Source: Thermoplasmata archaeon
GTDB lineage: Archaea > Thermoplasmatota > Thermoplasmata > Lutacidiplasmatales > UBA184
Direction: 5' to 3'
NCBI GenBank assembly: GCA_022750115.1
Contig: JAKIWI010000002.1
Coordinates: forward strand, 109,221-173,220
Length of the DNA: 64,000 nt
Below, piece by piece: positions 9,298 through 18,017 of the stretch. The position numbers and the translations under genes are program-made. The notes beneath the pieces were generated by a model, which saw nothing but the letters and a program-made list of their open reading frames with translations, made no database searches and was not told the DNA's origin. Every line of letters begins with the position of its first letter. The stretch's first letter is position 1.

Positions 9298-10255
9298 GGC
9301 GCGCCTCACGGGGCGTCCTCCGGCGAACACCACTCCCGAGCCCGGGTCGAGCGCGACCCCTCCTGCTGCCGGTTCTCCGTTCACCGAGGGACTCTTGTCC
9401 CGTGGCATCGACGAGGCGAGGCTCGACGACGTCCTCGACGAGCTCGAGATCGTCCTCCTCCAGTCCGACGTCGCTCTGCCGGTCGTCGAGAAGATCCGGC
9501 GCGACCTTCGGAAGGGCCTCCAGGGGAAGCGGCTCCGCTGGGGGGCCGACGTGGCCGAGGCGGTCCGGACCAGCCTCGAGGCATCGGTCCGATCCATCCT
9601 CACGCAGCCGACCGTCGACATCGTCGAAGCGGCGCGCTCGGGGAAGAAGCCGTACATCGTGCTGTTCGTCGGCGTGAACGGGACCGGGAAGACCACGACC
9701 GTCGCCAAGCTCGCGATGCGACTGCGGGACGCCGGGCTCAGCGTCGTGATCGCCGCGGGGGACACGTTTCGTGCGGGGGCGATCGAGCAGCTCCTCGTCC
9801 ATGGCGAGCGGCTCGGGATTCGGGTGATCCGCCAGCAGGAGGGGAGCGACCCGGCCGCGGTCGCCTTCGACGCCGTCGAGCACGCGAAAGCGAAGAAGGT
9901 CGACGTCGTCCTCATCGACACCGCGGGGCGGCAGCACACCAACGAGAACCTGATCGCCGAGGCCCAGAAGATCCGCCGCGTCGTCCCTCCGTCGCTGACG
10001 GTGTTCGTCGGCGACGCGCTCTCGGGGAACGACGTTGTCGAGCAGGCGAAGCTGTTCCAGCAGTCGCTGGGCATCGATGGCCTCATCCTCACCAAGTTGG
10101 ACGCGGACGCGAAGGGCGGGGCGGCGCTCTCGGCGACGTTCGTGACCGGTCGCCCGATCCTCTACGTGGGCCTCGGCCAGGGGTACGGCGACCTCGCCCC
10201 GTTCGACCCGGACTGGATGGTCAAGAGATTGTTCGCGGAGGGGACTGCCGCGTGA
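9281..10255 (+). CDS. ftsY: Signal recognition particle receptor FtsY
   Basis: SRP-GTPase motifs 'FVGVNGTGKTTTVAKLA', 'DTAGRQH', 'TKLDADAKGG'. Confidence 0.93.
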   Translation: MWAAIKARLTGRPPANTTPEPGSSATPPAAGSPFTEGLLSRGIDEARLDDVLDELEIVLLQSDVALPVVEKIRRDLRKGLQGKRLRWGADVAEAVRTSLEASVRSILTQPTVDIVEAARSGKKPYIVLFVGVNGTGKTTTVAKLAMRLRDAGLSVVIAAGDTFRAGAIEQLLVHGERLGIRVIRQQEGSDPAAVAFDAVEHAKAKKVDVVLIDTAGRQHTNENLIAEAQKIRRVVPPSLTVFVGDALSGNDVVEQAKLFQQSLGIDGLILTKLDADAKGGAALSATFVTGRPILYVGLGQGYGDLAPFDPDWMVKRLFAEGTAA

Positions 10256-10992
10256 CCGTCCGCCTCAGCGTGGTGCTCGTCCGCCCGAAGGAGGACGGCA
10301 ACGTCGGCGCCGTCGCCCGGGTCGCGCGGAACTTCGGCGCGGACCAGCTCGTCATCGTTCGCCCACGGGCGGAACTCGGGACGGAGGCGCGCCGCCGAGC
10401 CATGGGGGGCGGGGCGCTCCTCGCCGCCGCGAAGGTCGTCGAGGACTTTTCTCAGGCCGTCGCCGACGCGGACATCGTGGTCGGCACGACCGATCTATCG
10501 ACCGGCCGCTCCGCGTCTTACCTGCGGCGGGCAGTCTCGCCCGAGCGGCTCGGGGAACTGGTGCGGCCAGTGGAAGGGACGGTGGCGCTCGTCTTCGGAC
10601 CCGAGGACAACGGTCTCGGCCGCGAGGAGCTCGGCCGCTGCGACCTGTTGGTCCACGTTCCGGCCCGCCGGGAGTTCCCCACGTTGAATCTATCGCATGC
10701 GGCCGCGATCGTCCTCTACGCCGTCCACCGAGGGCGGGGACCTTCGGACCCCGAGAGCACCCCGGCCCCCGAGGTCCTGCTCATGAACGGTTGGGAGAAG
10801 GAGATCCTCCTCCGCCGCGTGGAGGAGCTCGCGGCGAAGGCGGGCTACCCCGCGCACAAGCGCCGGGGCCTCGGACTCCTGTGGCGGAGGGTCCTCGGAC
10901 GCTCCACACCGACCGAGGCGGAGTATCGCATGCTCCTCGGATTCTTCAAGAGCGTCGACCGCTGGGCGGGGAGGTCGCATGGTGGACGATAA
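10252..10992 (+). CDS. SPOUT (SpoU/TrmJ-like) RNA 2'-O-methyltransferase
   Basis: 'VVLVRPKEDGNVGAVARVARNFGADQLVIV' and 'FPTLNLSHAAAIVLY' are TrmH/TrmJ-family motifs. Confidence 0.75.
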   Translation: MTVRLSVVLVRPKEDGNVGAVARVARNFGADQLVIVRPRAELGTEARRRAMGGGALLAAAKVVEDFSQAVADADIVVGTTDLSTGRSASYLRRAVSPERLGELVRPVEGTVALVFGPEDNGLGREELGRCDLLVHVPARREFPTLNLSHAAAIVLYAVHRGRGPSDPESTPAPEVLLMNGWEKEILLRRVEELAAKAGYPAHKRRGLGLLWRRVLGRSTPTEAEYRMLLGFFKSVDRWAGRSHGGR

Positions 10993-11434
10993 CGAGTGGC
11001 TGCGCGTCCGGGGCATGGGCCGCGAGAGGTTCGCGGGTCACCTCGCCGACTATCTTGCCGAGATCGGCTACGTCGTGCAGCGGACGGACACCACGGAGCC
11101 GTCGGAGAGTCATCTCGCGGCGGAGCTGACGCGCATGAACCCGGCCGTCCCCGTCGCGGCCAAGTCGCTTCGGTTCACGGTTGTCCCCACAAGCGGTGGG
11201 GCCGCGGTGGTCTGGATCGCTCCCCTCTCCGTGCCCGCGGAGGAGCGGGGACGACTCGACCGGCTCGTCCGCGAGATGGCCCAACACCTCGAGCGGACCG
11301 TCCTGACCGAAAGCCACGCCACGGCGCGCGTGAGTCGGTCGCCCGACCTCCGCCTGCCGTGGGAAGTCCCAGCGAGCCCGCCCCGCGCGCCCGGGAGCGA
11401 TCGGGACGACTCTCCTGCGCGACCGCGCCCTTAA
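10979..11434 (+). CDS. Hypothetical protein
   Basis: ORF only. It sits in a co-directional, tightly packed gene string and I recognised no motif. Confidence 0.4.
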   Translation: MVDDNEWLRVRGMGRERFAGHLADYLAEIGYVVQRTDTTEPSESHLAAELTRMNPAVPVAAKSLRFTVVPTSGGAAVVWIAPLSVPAEERGRLDRLVREMAQHLERTVLTESHATARVSRSPDLRLPWEVPASPPRAPGSDRDDSPARPRP

Positions 11435-11464
11435 GGGCCGGTCCGGCGCTCGAACGTTTCGCCG

Positions 11465-12070
11465 ATGGCGGGGGACGGAGTCGGGGACCGTGTCCTTCTA
11501 TCGATCCTGTTCCTGATCGCGGCCAGCAGCACCGTTTGGGGTCTCTATCAGATCTACTACGTCTCCCCGACCTCGCCGTCCGGATTGTTCAACACCGTCC
11601 TCGGTCTTCTCGTCCTTCTGGTCACGTGGGCCTACCTTCTCCCGTTCGTCGTCCCGAAGAAGTCGACGGAGTCGGGGTTTTCGGACCCGACCCCACCTCG
11701 CGCCTCGGCGTCCATCGGCGCCCGCGCTCGGTCCACCGGGCGACCCGCCCCGGCCATGCTCTCGCGAGCCGCCGGACCTCGGACGGCTGTCGCCAACCTG
11801 GGAGTTCCTCCGCCAGCGCCGGTCCGTCCGGTTCCTCGAGCGGCGAGCGCGGGAACTGTGCGACCCGCGCCGGCTCGGTCGATTCCCCCACGGCCCGCCC
11901 CGAGCGCGCCGACCATCCAGGAGGAGCGGGAGATCGCGGAGATCCTCGCCGACCTGCCCGAGCCGCTCGACCCCGGCCTGGCGGCGGAGTCACCGGACGA
12001 CGTCGTACGCCGTTTGGACGAGCTGCTCCGCGACCTTTCCGTCGACCCGACGAGCCTTCGGCCCGCCTGA
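11465..12070 (+). CDS. Hypothetical membrane protein (2 TM, Pro-rich linker, acidic C-terminal helix)
   Basis: Hydrophobic segments 'VLLSILFLIAASSTVWGL' and 'VLGLLVLLVTWAYLLPFVV'. The remainder is low-complexity and Pro/Ala-rich. Confidence 0.45.
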   Translation: MAGDGVGDRVLLSILFLIAASSTVWGLYQIYYVSPTSPSGLFNTVLGLLVLLVTWAYLLPFVVPKKSTESGFSDPTPPRASASIGARARSTGRPAPAMLSRAAGPRTAVANLGVPPPAPVRPVPRAASAGTVRPAPARSIPPRPAPSAPTIQEEREIAEILADLPEPLDPGLAAESPDDVVRRLDELLRDLSVDPTSLRPA

Positions 12071-12089
12071 CGAATCGCGCGAAGCTACC

Positions 12090-12096
12090 TTTATAA
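12090..12096 (+). promoter_or_regulatory. TATA-like box (TTTATAA) for rpl15e
   Basis: An AT-rich heptamer in an otherwise GC-rich spacer, about 30 nt upstream of the ATG at 12125. This implies a leaderless or short-leader mRNA. Confidence 0.5.
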
Positions 12097-12124
12097 CGAG
12101 ACCGAAGGTCCCCCGCCGCCGCCC

Positions 12125-12739
12125 ATGGCCCGTTCCCTCTACCGATACATCTCGCAATCGTTCCGCCGCACCCTCGGAGAGGAGGGGGCGGACCTGCGGC
12201 ATGAGCGCCTGCTCACCTGGCGGCGCGAGCACACCGTGACGCGCCTCGCCCACCCGACCCGCCTCGACCGCGCGCGGGCGATCGGCTGGAAGGCGAAGGA
12301 AGGGTTCATCGTCGTCCGCGTCCGGGTGCGACGCGGTGGCCAGAGGAAGCGCGCGATCATCGCCGGGCGCCGGCCGAAGCGCAAGGGTATCCTGCGCATG
12401 ACGCTCGCGAAGAGCGTCCAGCGGATCGCCGAGGAGCGCGCCCAGAAGCATTACCCGAACCTCGAGGTCCTCAACTCCTACTGGGTCGGCGAAGACGGGA
12501 AGGAGAAGTTCTACGAAGTCCTCCTGCTCGACCCCGCCCATCCGCAGATCATGAACGACCGGCAGTACGGCTGGATCGCGGGCGCCGCGCACACCGGTCG
12601 CGTCTACCGCGGACTGACCCGCGCGGGAAAGGACGGCCGGGGACTGCGCTGGAAGGGGAAGGGGACCGAGCGCATGCGCCCCTCGCGCCAGCGGAACCGC
12701 CGCGACATCCGCCGCACGCAGACGAAGGTCATCCCGTAG
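12125..12739 (+). CDS. rpl15e: Ribosomal protein L15e
   Basis: 'MARSLYRYISQSFRR...WRREHTVTRLAHPTRLDRARAIGWKAKEGFIVVRVRVRRGG' is the canonical eL15 sequence. Confidence 0.95.
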   Translation: MARSLYRYISQSFRRTLGEEGADLRHERLLTWRREHTVTRLAHPTRLDRARAIGWKAKEGFIVVRVRVRRGGQRKRAIIAGRRPKRKGILRMTLAKSVQRIAEERAQKHYPNLEVLNSYWVGEDGKEKFYEVLLLDPAHPQIMNDRQYGWIAGAAHTGRVYRGLTRAGKDGRGLRWKGKGTERMRPSRQRNRRDIRRTQTKVIP

Positions 12740-13196
12740 GGTCGCCCAGTCCGACGGCGTCGGCGATCTCGCCGTCGATCGGAGTTCCGGCTTCCTCCGC
12801 CACACGGCGGGCCCAGCCGTTCATCCCCTCGACGTGGGTGATCTCCCCCCGGAGGATCCGGGCGAACTTCCGGCGGTACTCGAGGTCGATGCCGACCGCT
12901 TCGGCTTCGAGGAATTCCCGCAGGCGCCGCGCGAGGTGGCCCCCTTCGAGGTCCCAGTCCGTGAGGACGATCGCCTTCCGACCGCCGCGCGCGAGGCGGG
13001 CCGCGAACGCGGCCAGAGTGCCCCCGCCGTGCACCAGTGCGATGGGCCCGCGGAGGCCCAGTCCCCGCAGCGAGCGCCGGTCTCGTTCGCCCTCCACGAC
13101 GACGACCGCGGTCCCGGACTCGGATTCCTCGCGGAGTCGGGCGAACAACCGGACGAACTTCGGCCAGGCCTCCGTGCGTCGCCCGGTCTCCCCCAT
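12729..13196 (-). CDS. Small stand-alone Toprim-domain protein (RNase M5/primase-like)
   Basis: 'VVVVEGERDRRSL' (Toprim Glu) and 'IVLTDWDLEGGHLA' (DxD). Start taken at the internal ATG (complement of 13194-13196). Confidence 0.7.
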   Translation of the reverse strand: MGETGRRTEAWPKFVRLFARLREESESGTAVVVVEGERDRRSLRGLGLRGPIALVHGGGTLAAFAARLARGGRKAIVLTDWDLEGGHLARRLREFLEAEAVGIDLEYRRKFARILRGEITHVEGMNGWARRVAEEAGTPIDGEIADAVGLGDPTG

Positions 13197-13249
13197 CGTC
13201 GGATTGCCGACGCCGGGGGACGCCAGCCTCCCGCCGAGTCGGCAAGCCC

Positions 13250-13259
13250 TTTTACCTAT
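13250..13259 (+). promoter_or_regulatory. TATA-like box (TTTTACCTAT) for the GINS gene
   Basis: About 28 nt upstream of the ATG at 13280, inside the divergent Toprim/GINS spacer. Confidence 0.4.
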
Positions 13260-13279
13260 CGCCCCTCGGACGGAGGCCG

Positions 13280-13936
13280 ATGCCCGACCCGTACACCCAG
13301 TTGCTGGAGTGGCGGCGGGCCGAGGGCGCGGCGCGAGGACTTGCGAAGCTCCCGCTCGAGTTCTACGACACGACGCGCTCGTTCCTCGCCGAGGTCCGGA
13401 AAACCTTCGAGGCGGAACTTCGGGCGAACCCCGGGGGGAAGAAAGGGGACCTGGCACGCCAGACCCACTCGCGGGCGAGCCAGGTCGCCCGGGACATCGT
13501 CGAAGCTCGGATGTCGAAGGTCCTCAGCGTCGCGTTCCAGGCCAGCGTCGGCGGGTCGCGCGACATCCCGAACGCTCTCCCCGAGGAGAGAGCCCTCTTC
13601 GACCGTGTCGTCGACGTGCTCCGGGGTCATCGGACGGCCGTCGCCCCGTTCCTCGAGTCGACGGCGGTGGCCGGCGCCTCGGCGCCCATCGTTGCCGCCC
13701 CCCCGGAGGTTCTCGGGACGGGACACCCGACCTCGGCCCCCTCGACCCCTCCCGACGCGCCGCGCCTCGCCTACGTCCGTGTCCTGAAGGACGGACCGAC
13801 CGTCGAGATGGGGAAGGAGACGCTCGAGCTGCGCGCCGAAGACGTGCTCGCGCTCCCCGAGGAACGGGCGAATCTCCTCGTGAAGAGCGGCCTCGCCGAG
13901 CGGATCCGCCGCGACGAGCGGCCAGTCACGACGTAG
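13280..13936 (+). CDS. gins51: GINS complex subunit (Gins51-type)
   Basis: N-terminus 'YTQLLEWRRAEGAARGLAKLPLEFYDTTRSFLAEVR' fits the archaeal Gins51 A-domain pattern. Start at the internal ATG 13280. Confidence 0.65.
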   Translation: MPDPYTQLLEWRRAEGAARGLAKLPLEFYDTTRSFLAEVRKTFEAELRANPGGKKGDLARQTHSRASQVARDIVEARMSKVLSVAFQASVGGSRDIPNALPEERALFDRVVDVLRGHRTAVAPFLESTAVAGASAPIVAAPPEVLGTGHPTSAPSTPPDAPRLAYVRVLKDGPTVEMGKETLELRAEDVLALPEERANLLVKSGLAERIRRDERPVTT

Positions 13937-15008
13937 GGCCGACCGGCTCGGGAGCCCCGAGCTCGAGGACGTGGAACGTCTCGAACCCGAACAGCAAGTT
14001 CTTGGCCTGCAGGCGGAGCTTCACGGCCTCCTGGGAGTCGGACGCGGACTTCTCCCGGGCGGCGAGGAGTTGCGGAAACCCCCACGCCCCGAGAGCCTCG
14101 GCCTGACGACGGAACGCGCGCTCGACCAGTCCGGCGCGGACGGCGGCGGCGCGCAGCCGGGTGAAATCCACGAACGCACTCAGGTCGGCGGTCCCGGGTT
14201 GAGCGAGGGGCTCGACCGGTCGGTGGCTCCGAACGGCGGCGAGGGTCCCGGCGCGGTGCCCCCGGAGAAGCTCGTCGGTGCTCGCGCCGTAATCCAGGAA
14301 GATGGCGGTGCCCGCGCTCAGGTGGTCCGCGACTTCGCGCACGAACCCATCGGCCCGTTCGAGGAGCTCGTACCGGCTCTCCTCCTCCGCCGGGGGGAGC
14401 GCTTCGCCGGGGATCGTGGGTGCGTCGGGTCCCTCGGCCCACTGCCACGTCTGCCCGTCCCACCGCACGCCCAGCTCGCGCCACGCGCCCCCTCGCCACG
14501 TCAGCCGGCGGAACGGGAGGGCGTCGAGCAGCTCGTTGGCGACGACGGCGCCCGCGAAGGGACCGCATTCCGATACGGAATCGGCGAAGGTGAACGAGAC
14601 GGACGTCGCCGCTGTCGCGGCGCGAACCCGCTCCGCGAGCGCTCGACGCAGCTTCGAGGACCGTTCCACGAACGTCCATTCCCAACCGGCTCCGTCGGAG
14701 GGGAGGGCGCGCGCGACATCGAGCGCGAGCGTCCCGTCCCCAGGGCCGGCCTCCACGACCCGGAAGTGCGCGGGGTTCCCGAGTCGCTCCCGCTCGGCCT
14801 GGAGCCGTCGCGCCAGCGCGGCGCCGAACAGCGGCGTCGTGTGCGCTGCGGTGTAGAACGAGCCCTCCGGTCCGAACGGAGCGTCGGACGAGTCGTAGAA
14901 CCCGCCCGCGGAGTAGAGCACGATCTCGACGAACCGGTCGAAGCGGAGGACGCCTCCGTCGGCGGCGGCGCGGAGCCGTTCGCCGACCGCGTCGGCCGGC
15001 GCCGCCAT
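13926..15008 (-). CDS. MidA/NDUFAF7-family (DUF185) SAM-dependent methyltransferase
   Basis: 'FDRFVEIVLYSAGGFYD...GPEGSFYTAAHTTPLFG' and 'VVEAGPGDGTLALDV' are DUF185 hallmarks. Confidence 0.75.
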   Translation of the reverse strand: MAAPADAVGERLRAAADGGVLRFDRFVEIVLYSAGGFYDSSDAPFGPEGSFYTAAHTTPLFGAALARRLQAERERLGNPAHFRVVEAGPGDGTLALDVARALPSDGAGWEWTFVERSSKLRRALAERVRAATAATSVSFTFADSVSECGPFAGAVVANELLDALPFRRLTWRGGAWRELGVRWDGQTWQWAEGPDAPTIPGEALPPAEEESRYELLERADGFVREVADHLSAGTAIFLDYGASTDELLRGHRAGTLAAVRSHRPVEPLAQPGTADLSAFVDFTRLRAAAVRAGLVERAFRRQAEALGAWGFPQLLAAREKSASDSQEAVKLRLQAKNLLFGFETFHVLELGAPEPVGPTS

Positions 15009-15015
15009 CGCTGGT

Positions 15016-15792
15016 TCAGCCGATGTAGCCGAGGTCGTCCCGGCTGGCCGGGGAAGGCGATTCGGGGGGATGCGCCTCGGCCTCGTGGATCTTCTGGGCG
15101 ATCCGGTCGATCTCCTTCGCCTTCGCTTCGAGGTCGGAGAAGTCGATCGTGACCTCGAGGATGCGCGCGAGCACCTTCAGGACGGCCTCGGCGCTGCGCG
15201 GGTCGACGAAGTAGCCGCTCGTCTCGCCCATCAGGCAGACGCCGTGCATGTCGTACAATCGGCCGAGACCGAGGAACAGGCCCGAGGCGCCGATCAGGCC
15301 GCCGCCGGGGTCGTTCCGCGAGAACACCACGCCGAACTTCTTCATCGCCTCGACGCGCTCGGGCGAGGTCGCGGCGCCGAGCACGCGGGGGGTGTCGACG
15401 ACCCGCCCCTGGGCGAACCCGGCGAGCGTGTAGACCTCCTTCGACCCGAGCGAGTGGGCGACCGACAGGATGCGTTCCGTCAGCTCGTACTGGCCCTCGG
15501 GGGTGATGCCCTGGTAGTCGCCGTTGAGGATGAGCAGGTCGCGCTCCTTCGGGCCGACCGCGCGCCGGTAGGACAGCTCGTTGGAGACGAGCCGCGTCAG
15601 GCCCTCCTCGCTCACGTAGACCTGGGGCGGGAAGAACTTCGAGTAGATCGTGGCGAGCGGTTTCGCTTCGAGCTTGTCGCGGAGGTAGTCCGCCGCGAGC
15701 TTCCCAACGTTCCCGACGCCCGGAAGTCCCTCGACGAGGACGGGGTCCTTCAGCTGGACCTTCTCGACCCACCGGATGTGAACATCGTCCAT
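15016..15792 (-). CDS. PAC2-family proteasome assembly chaperone-like protein
   Basis: 'PVLVEGLPGVGNVGKLAADYL' and 'GASGLFLGLG' are typical of the archaeal PAC2/COG1938 family. Confidence 0.75.
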   Translation of the reverse strand: MDDVHIRWVEKVQLKDPVLVEGLPGVGNVGKLAADYLRDKLEAKPLATIYSKFFPPQVYVSEEGLTRLVSNELSYRRAVGPKERDLLILNGDYQGITPEGQYELTERILSVAHSLGSKEVYTLAGFAQGRVVDTPRVLGAATSPERVEAMKKFGVVFSRNDPGGGLIGASGLFLGLGRLYDMHGVCLMGETSGYFVDPRSAEAVLKVLARILEVTIDFSDLEAKAKEIDRIAQKIHEAEAHPPESPSPASRDDLGYIG

Positions 15793-15840
15793 GCGAAACC
15801 CCGACGCGGACGAACCCAGCGGGTCCTAGTTAACTTAACG

Positions 15841-16623
15841 CTAACCCGACCGCGTTGCGGTGGCCTTCGGGTCCGGTCGCGCGACCGTGAGCCCGGTTTC
15901 GGTCATGCGCGCGGGTAGGATGCGCGTCCGCTCCGGATGGTTGCGGATCTTGCGCACCGCGAGCAGGTGTTCGTAGGCCTCGCCGCGTGGACGCGCCGTG
16001 AGCTCGACGACGACATCGGCCATGTCCTCGAGCATCCCCGAGACGCGCCGCTCGTGGAACTCTCCCTGCACGACGAGGAGCGCCTGCCCCCCGAGCTCCT
16101 GGGCGCGGTGGCGGATCTGGCGGACCATCGTCATGACGTCGGCGTTTTCGAGGACCTCGAAGAAGAAATCGAGGGAGTCGAGCACGAGGCGGAACCGTCC
16201 GTCGAGCGCGGCCAGGTCGGCCAGGAGCCGGCTCGTGATGTTGTACGTCGCCGCGGCGCTCGGCTTCGGCCGGTTCGTCGTGCTCAGGTCCGCGACCTTC
16301 AGGCCGCGCTCGCGGCGCTGCGAGACCTCGAGCGAGCGCACGAGGACGTTGCGGAAGTACTCCTCCGAGAGGTTGACGATCTGGACGCCGTCGGGGTCCC
16401 ATCCGAAGTCGCGGAACGCCTTGTGGACGTCCTCGGTCCGCTCGTAGGTCGTGTAGTACAGGACGGGCGACGCCCCGACCATGGCCTGGGCGAACTGCTT
16501 GGCGAACAGCGGGGTCCCGGCGCCGGAGTGGCCGACGAGGAGTCCGAGCCACCCCGGCGGCATGTAGGGGAACAGCTCCGGGTCGAGCTCGGGGATCCCG
16601 AGGACGCTCTGGTCGGTCGACAC
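15841..16623 (-). CDS. KaiC/RecA-superfamily protein with degenerate Walker A
   Basis: KaiC-like layout, but the P-loop reads 'GHSGAGTP' and lacks the Lys-Ser/Thr. A Walker-B-like 'FRLVLDSLD' is retained. Confidence 0.7.
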   Translation of the reverse strand: MSTDQSVLGIPELDPELFPYMPPGWLGLLVGHSGAGTPLFAKQFAQAMVGASPVLYYTTYERTEDVHKAFRDFGWDPDGVQIVNLSEEYFRNVLVRSLEVSQRRERGLKVADLSTTNRPKPSAAATYNITSRLLADLAALDGRFRLVLDSLDFFFEVLENADVMTMVRQIRHRAQELGGQALLVVQGEFHERRVSGMLEDMADVVVELTARPRGEAYEHLLAVRKIRNHPERTRILPARMTETGLTVARPDPKATATRSG

Positions 16624-16627
16624 GTCC

Positions 16628-17215
16628 TTACGAACGCCTCCGGACGACCTCGATCGTCTCGTCGACGACGAGACCGAGGAGCTGGTCGAGCTCGGACTGG
16701 CTGTCCTCGCTGACGATCAGCAGCACCGTCAGCACCTGACGGCTTTTCAGATTGTTCACCAGGATGTGGAAGAACTCCGAGAGGAGGTCCGCCGGGTTGT
16801 GGATCGCGAGCGAGTTGACCGAGTCGATGACCAGCAGCGACCGGGGGCTGGGGTGCTTCCGCAGCAGGTACTCGACGCGGAGCATGATGTCCTCCAGCAT
16901 CCGCGGCGACTCGACGTACGTCGCATTCGGGAGCGGGTCGCGGTAATTCATCATGATGTGGCTGATCGCGTCGACGAACGAGAGCCGGGCCGCGTCGACG
17001 TCGAGCGCCTGCGCGAGCGACCAGACGAGCGAGGCCGGGTTCGTGACCGAGACGTAGATGGTGTGCGCGTTCGTCTCGCTGCCGACGTCGCGCAGGGTGG
17101 CGTTCAGGACCGCGAAGTAGTCGTCGGCGTACTCCCGCGGGTTGAGCCGGATCGCCACCGCCGAGCCGCCCGGCAGCTGCCGCAGCCGCTCGCCGATGTC
17201 GTCCTCGGATGCCAC
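16628..17215 (-). CDS. KaiC/RecA-like protein lacking a P-loop
   Basis: No GxxGxGK[ST]. A Walker-B-like strand 'SLLVIDSVNSL' and RecA-fold periodicity are retained. 195 aa. Confidence 0.55.
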   Translation of the reverse strand: MASEDDIGERLRQLPGGSAVAIRLNPREYADDYFAVLNATLRDVGSETNAHTIYVSVTNPASLVWSLAQALDVDAARLSFVDAISHIMMNYRDPLPNATYVESPRMLEDIMLRVEYLLRKHPSPRSLLVIDSVNSLAIHNPADLLSEFFHILVNNLKSRQVLTVLLIVSEDSQSELDQLLGLVVDETIEVVRRRS

Positions 17216-17216
17216 G

Positions 17217-17993
17217 CTACGATTCCTGGCGTCCGCCCTTCAGGTGGGGCGCCATCAGGAGTCCGATCGGGGTGAGTTCCATCACATATTGCGCGCGGGA
17301 GTGCGAGGTGCCTCGCATCTTGACGACCTGGAGGATCCGCAGGATGTCGCCTTGCCGGCGCGCGTTGCCGAGCAGGATCACGCCGTCCACGATCGCCTCC
17401 TCGACGCCGTGCAGCGAGTAGCGGCCCGCGCTCTGGCCGATCTCCGACACGAGGAGGGTCGTGCAACCGAGCTCGGCGAGCCCTTGCGAGAGCTTCAGCA
17501 TGAAATCGCGGATCCGCTCGTCGCGCCGGATCCGGTAGCAGACCGAGGTGAGCGAGTCGACGACGACGCGGTGCGCGCCGACTTCGCGCGCGAGGTCGAG
17601 GAACGCCTTCAGGAGGAGGTCGATCTCCTCGACCGTGAGCTCTTCGTGGTTCAGGCCGAGCAGGTCGTAGATCTGCGGAACATCGACGAAGACGAGCCCG
17701 CCGGCGCTGATCAGGTCCTGGCGGAAGAACTCGAACGCCGAGAGATTTTCGATGAGCTTCGCCGAGGCCTCGGTGACGGAGAGGAACAGCGTCCGCTCGC
17801 CCTTCTCGGCGCCGCGGACGAGGAACTCGAGGCAGAGCGTCGTCTTGCCGGTGCCGACGCTACCGGCGATGAGGACGAGGTTGCCGCGCGGAATCCCCCC
17901 GCCGAGGATGTTGTCGAGCCCCTCGATGCCCGTGAGGCAGCGCTCCCGGAGCCCTCCCGCATCGGGCGGAGCTGGCTTCGCCGCAGATGCCAT
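17217..17993 (-). CDS. KaiC-like single-domain RecA-superfamily ATPase (intact motifs)
   Basis: 'GIEGLDNILGGGIPRGNLVLIAGSVGTGKTTLCLEFL', Walker B 'HRVVVDSLTS', and 'ILQVVKMRGTSHS'. Confidence 0.85.
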   Translation of the reverse strand: MASAAKPAPPDAGGLRERCLTGIEGLDNILGGGIPRGNLVLIAGSVGTGKTTLCLEFLVRGAEKGERTLFLSVTEASAKLIENLSAFEFFRQDLISAGGLVFVDVPQIYDLLGLNHEELTVEEIDLLLKAFLDLAREVGAHRVVVDSLTSVCYRIRRDERIRDFMLKLSQGLAELGCTTLLVSEIGQSAGRYSLHGVEEAIVDGVILLGNARRQGDILRILQVVKMRGTSHSRAQYVMELTPIGLLMAPHLKGGRQES

Positions 17994-18017
17994 CGGTGGA
18001 AAAGAGGCGACCTCGGG

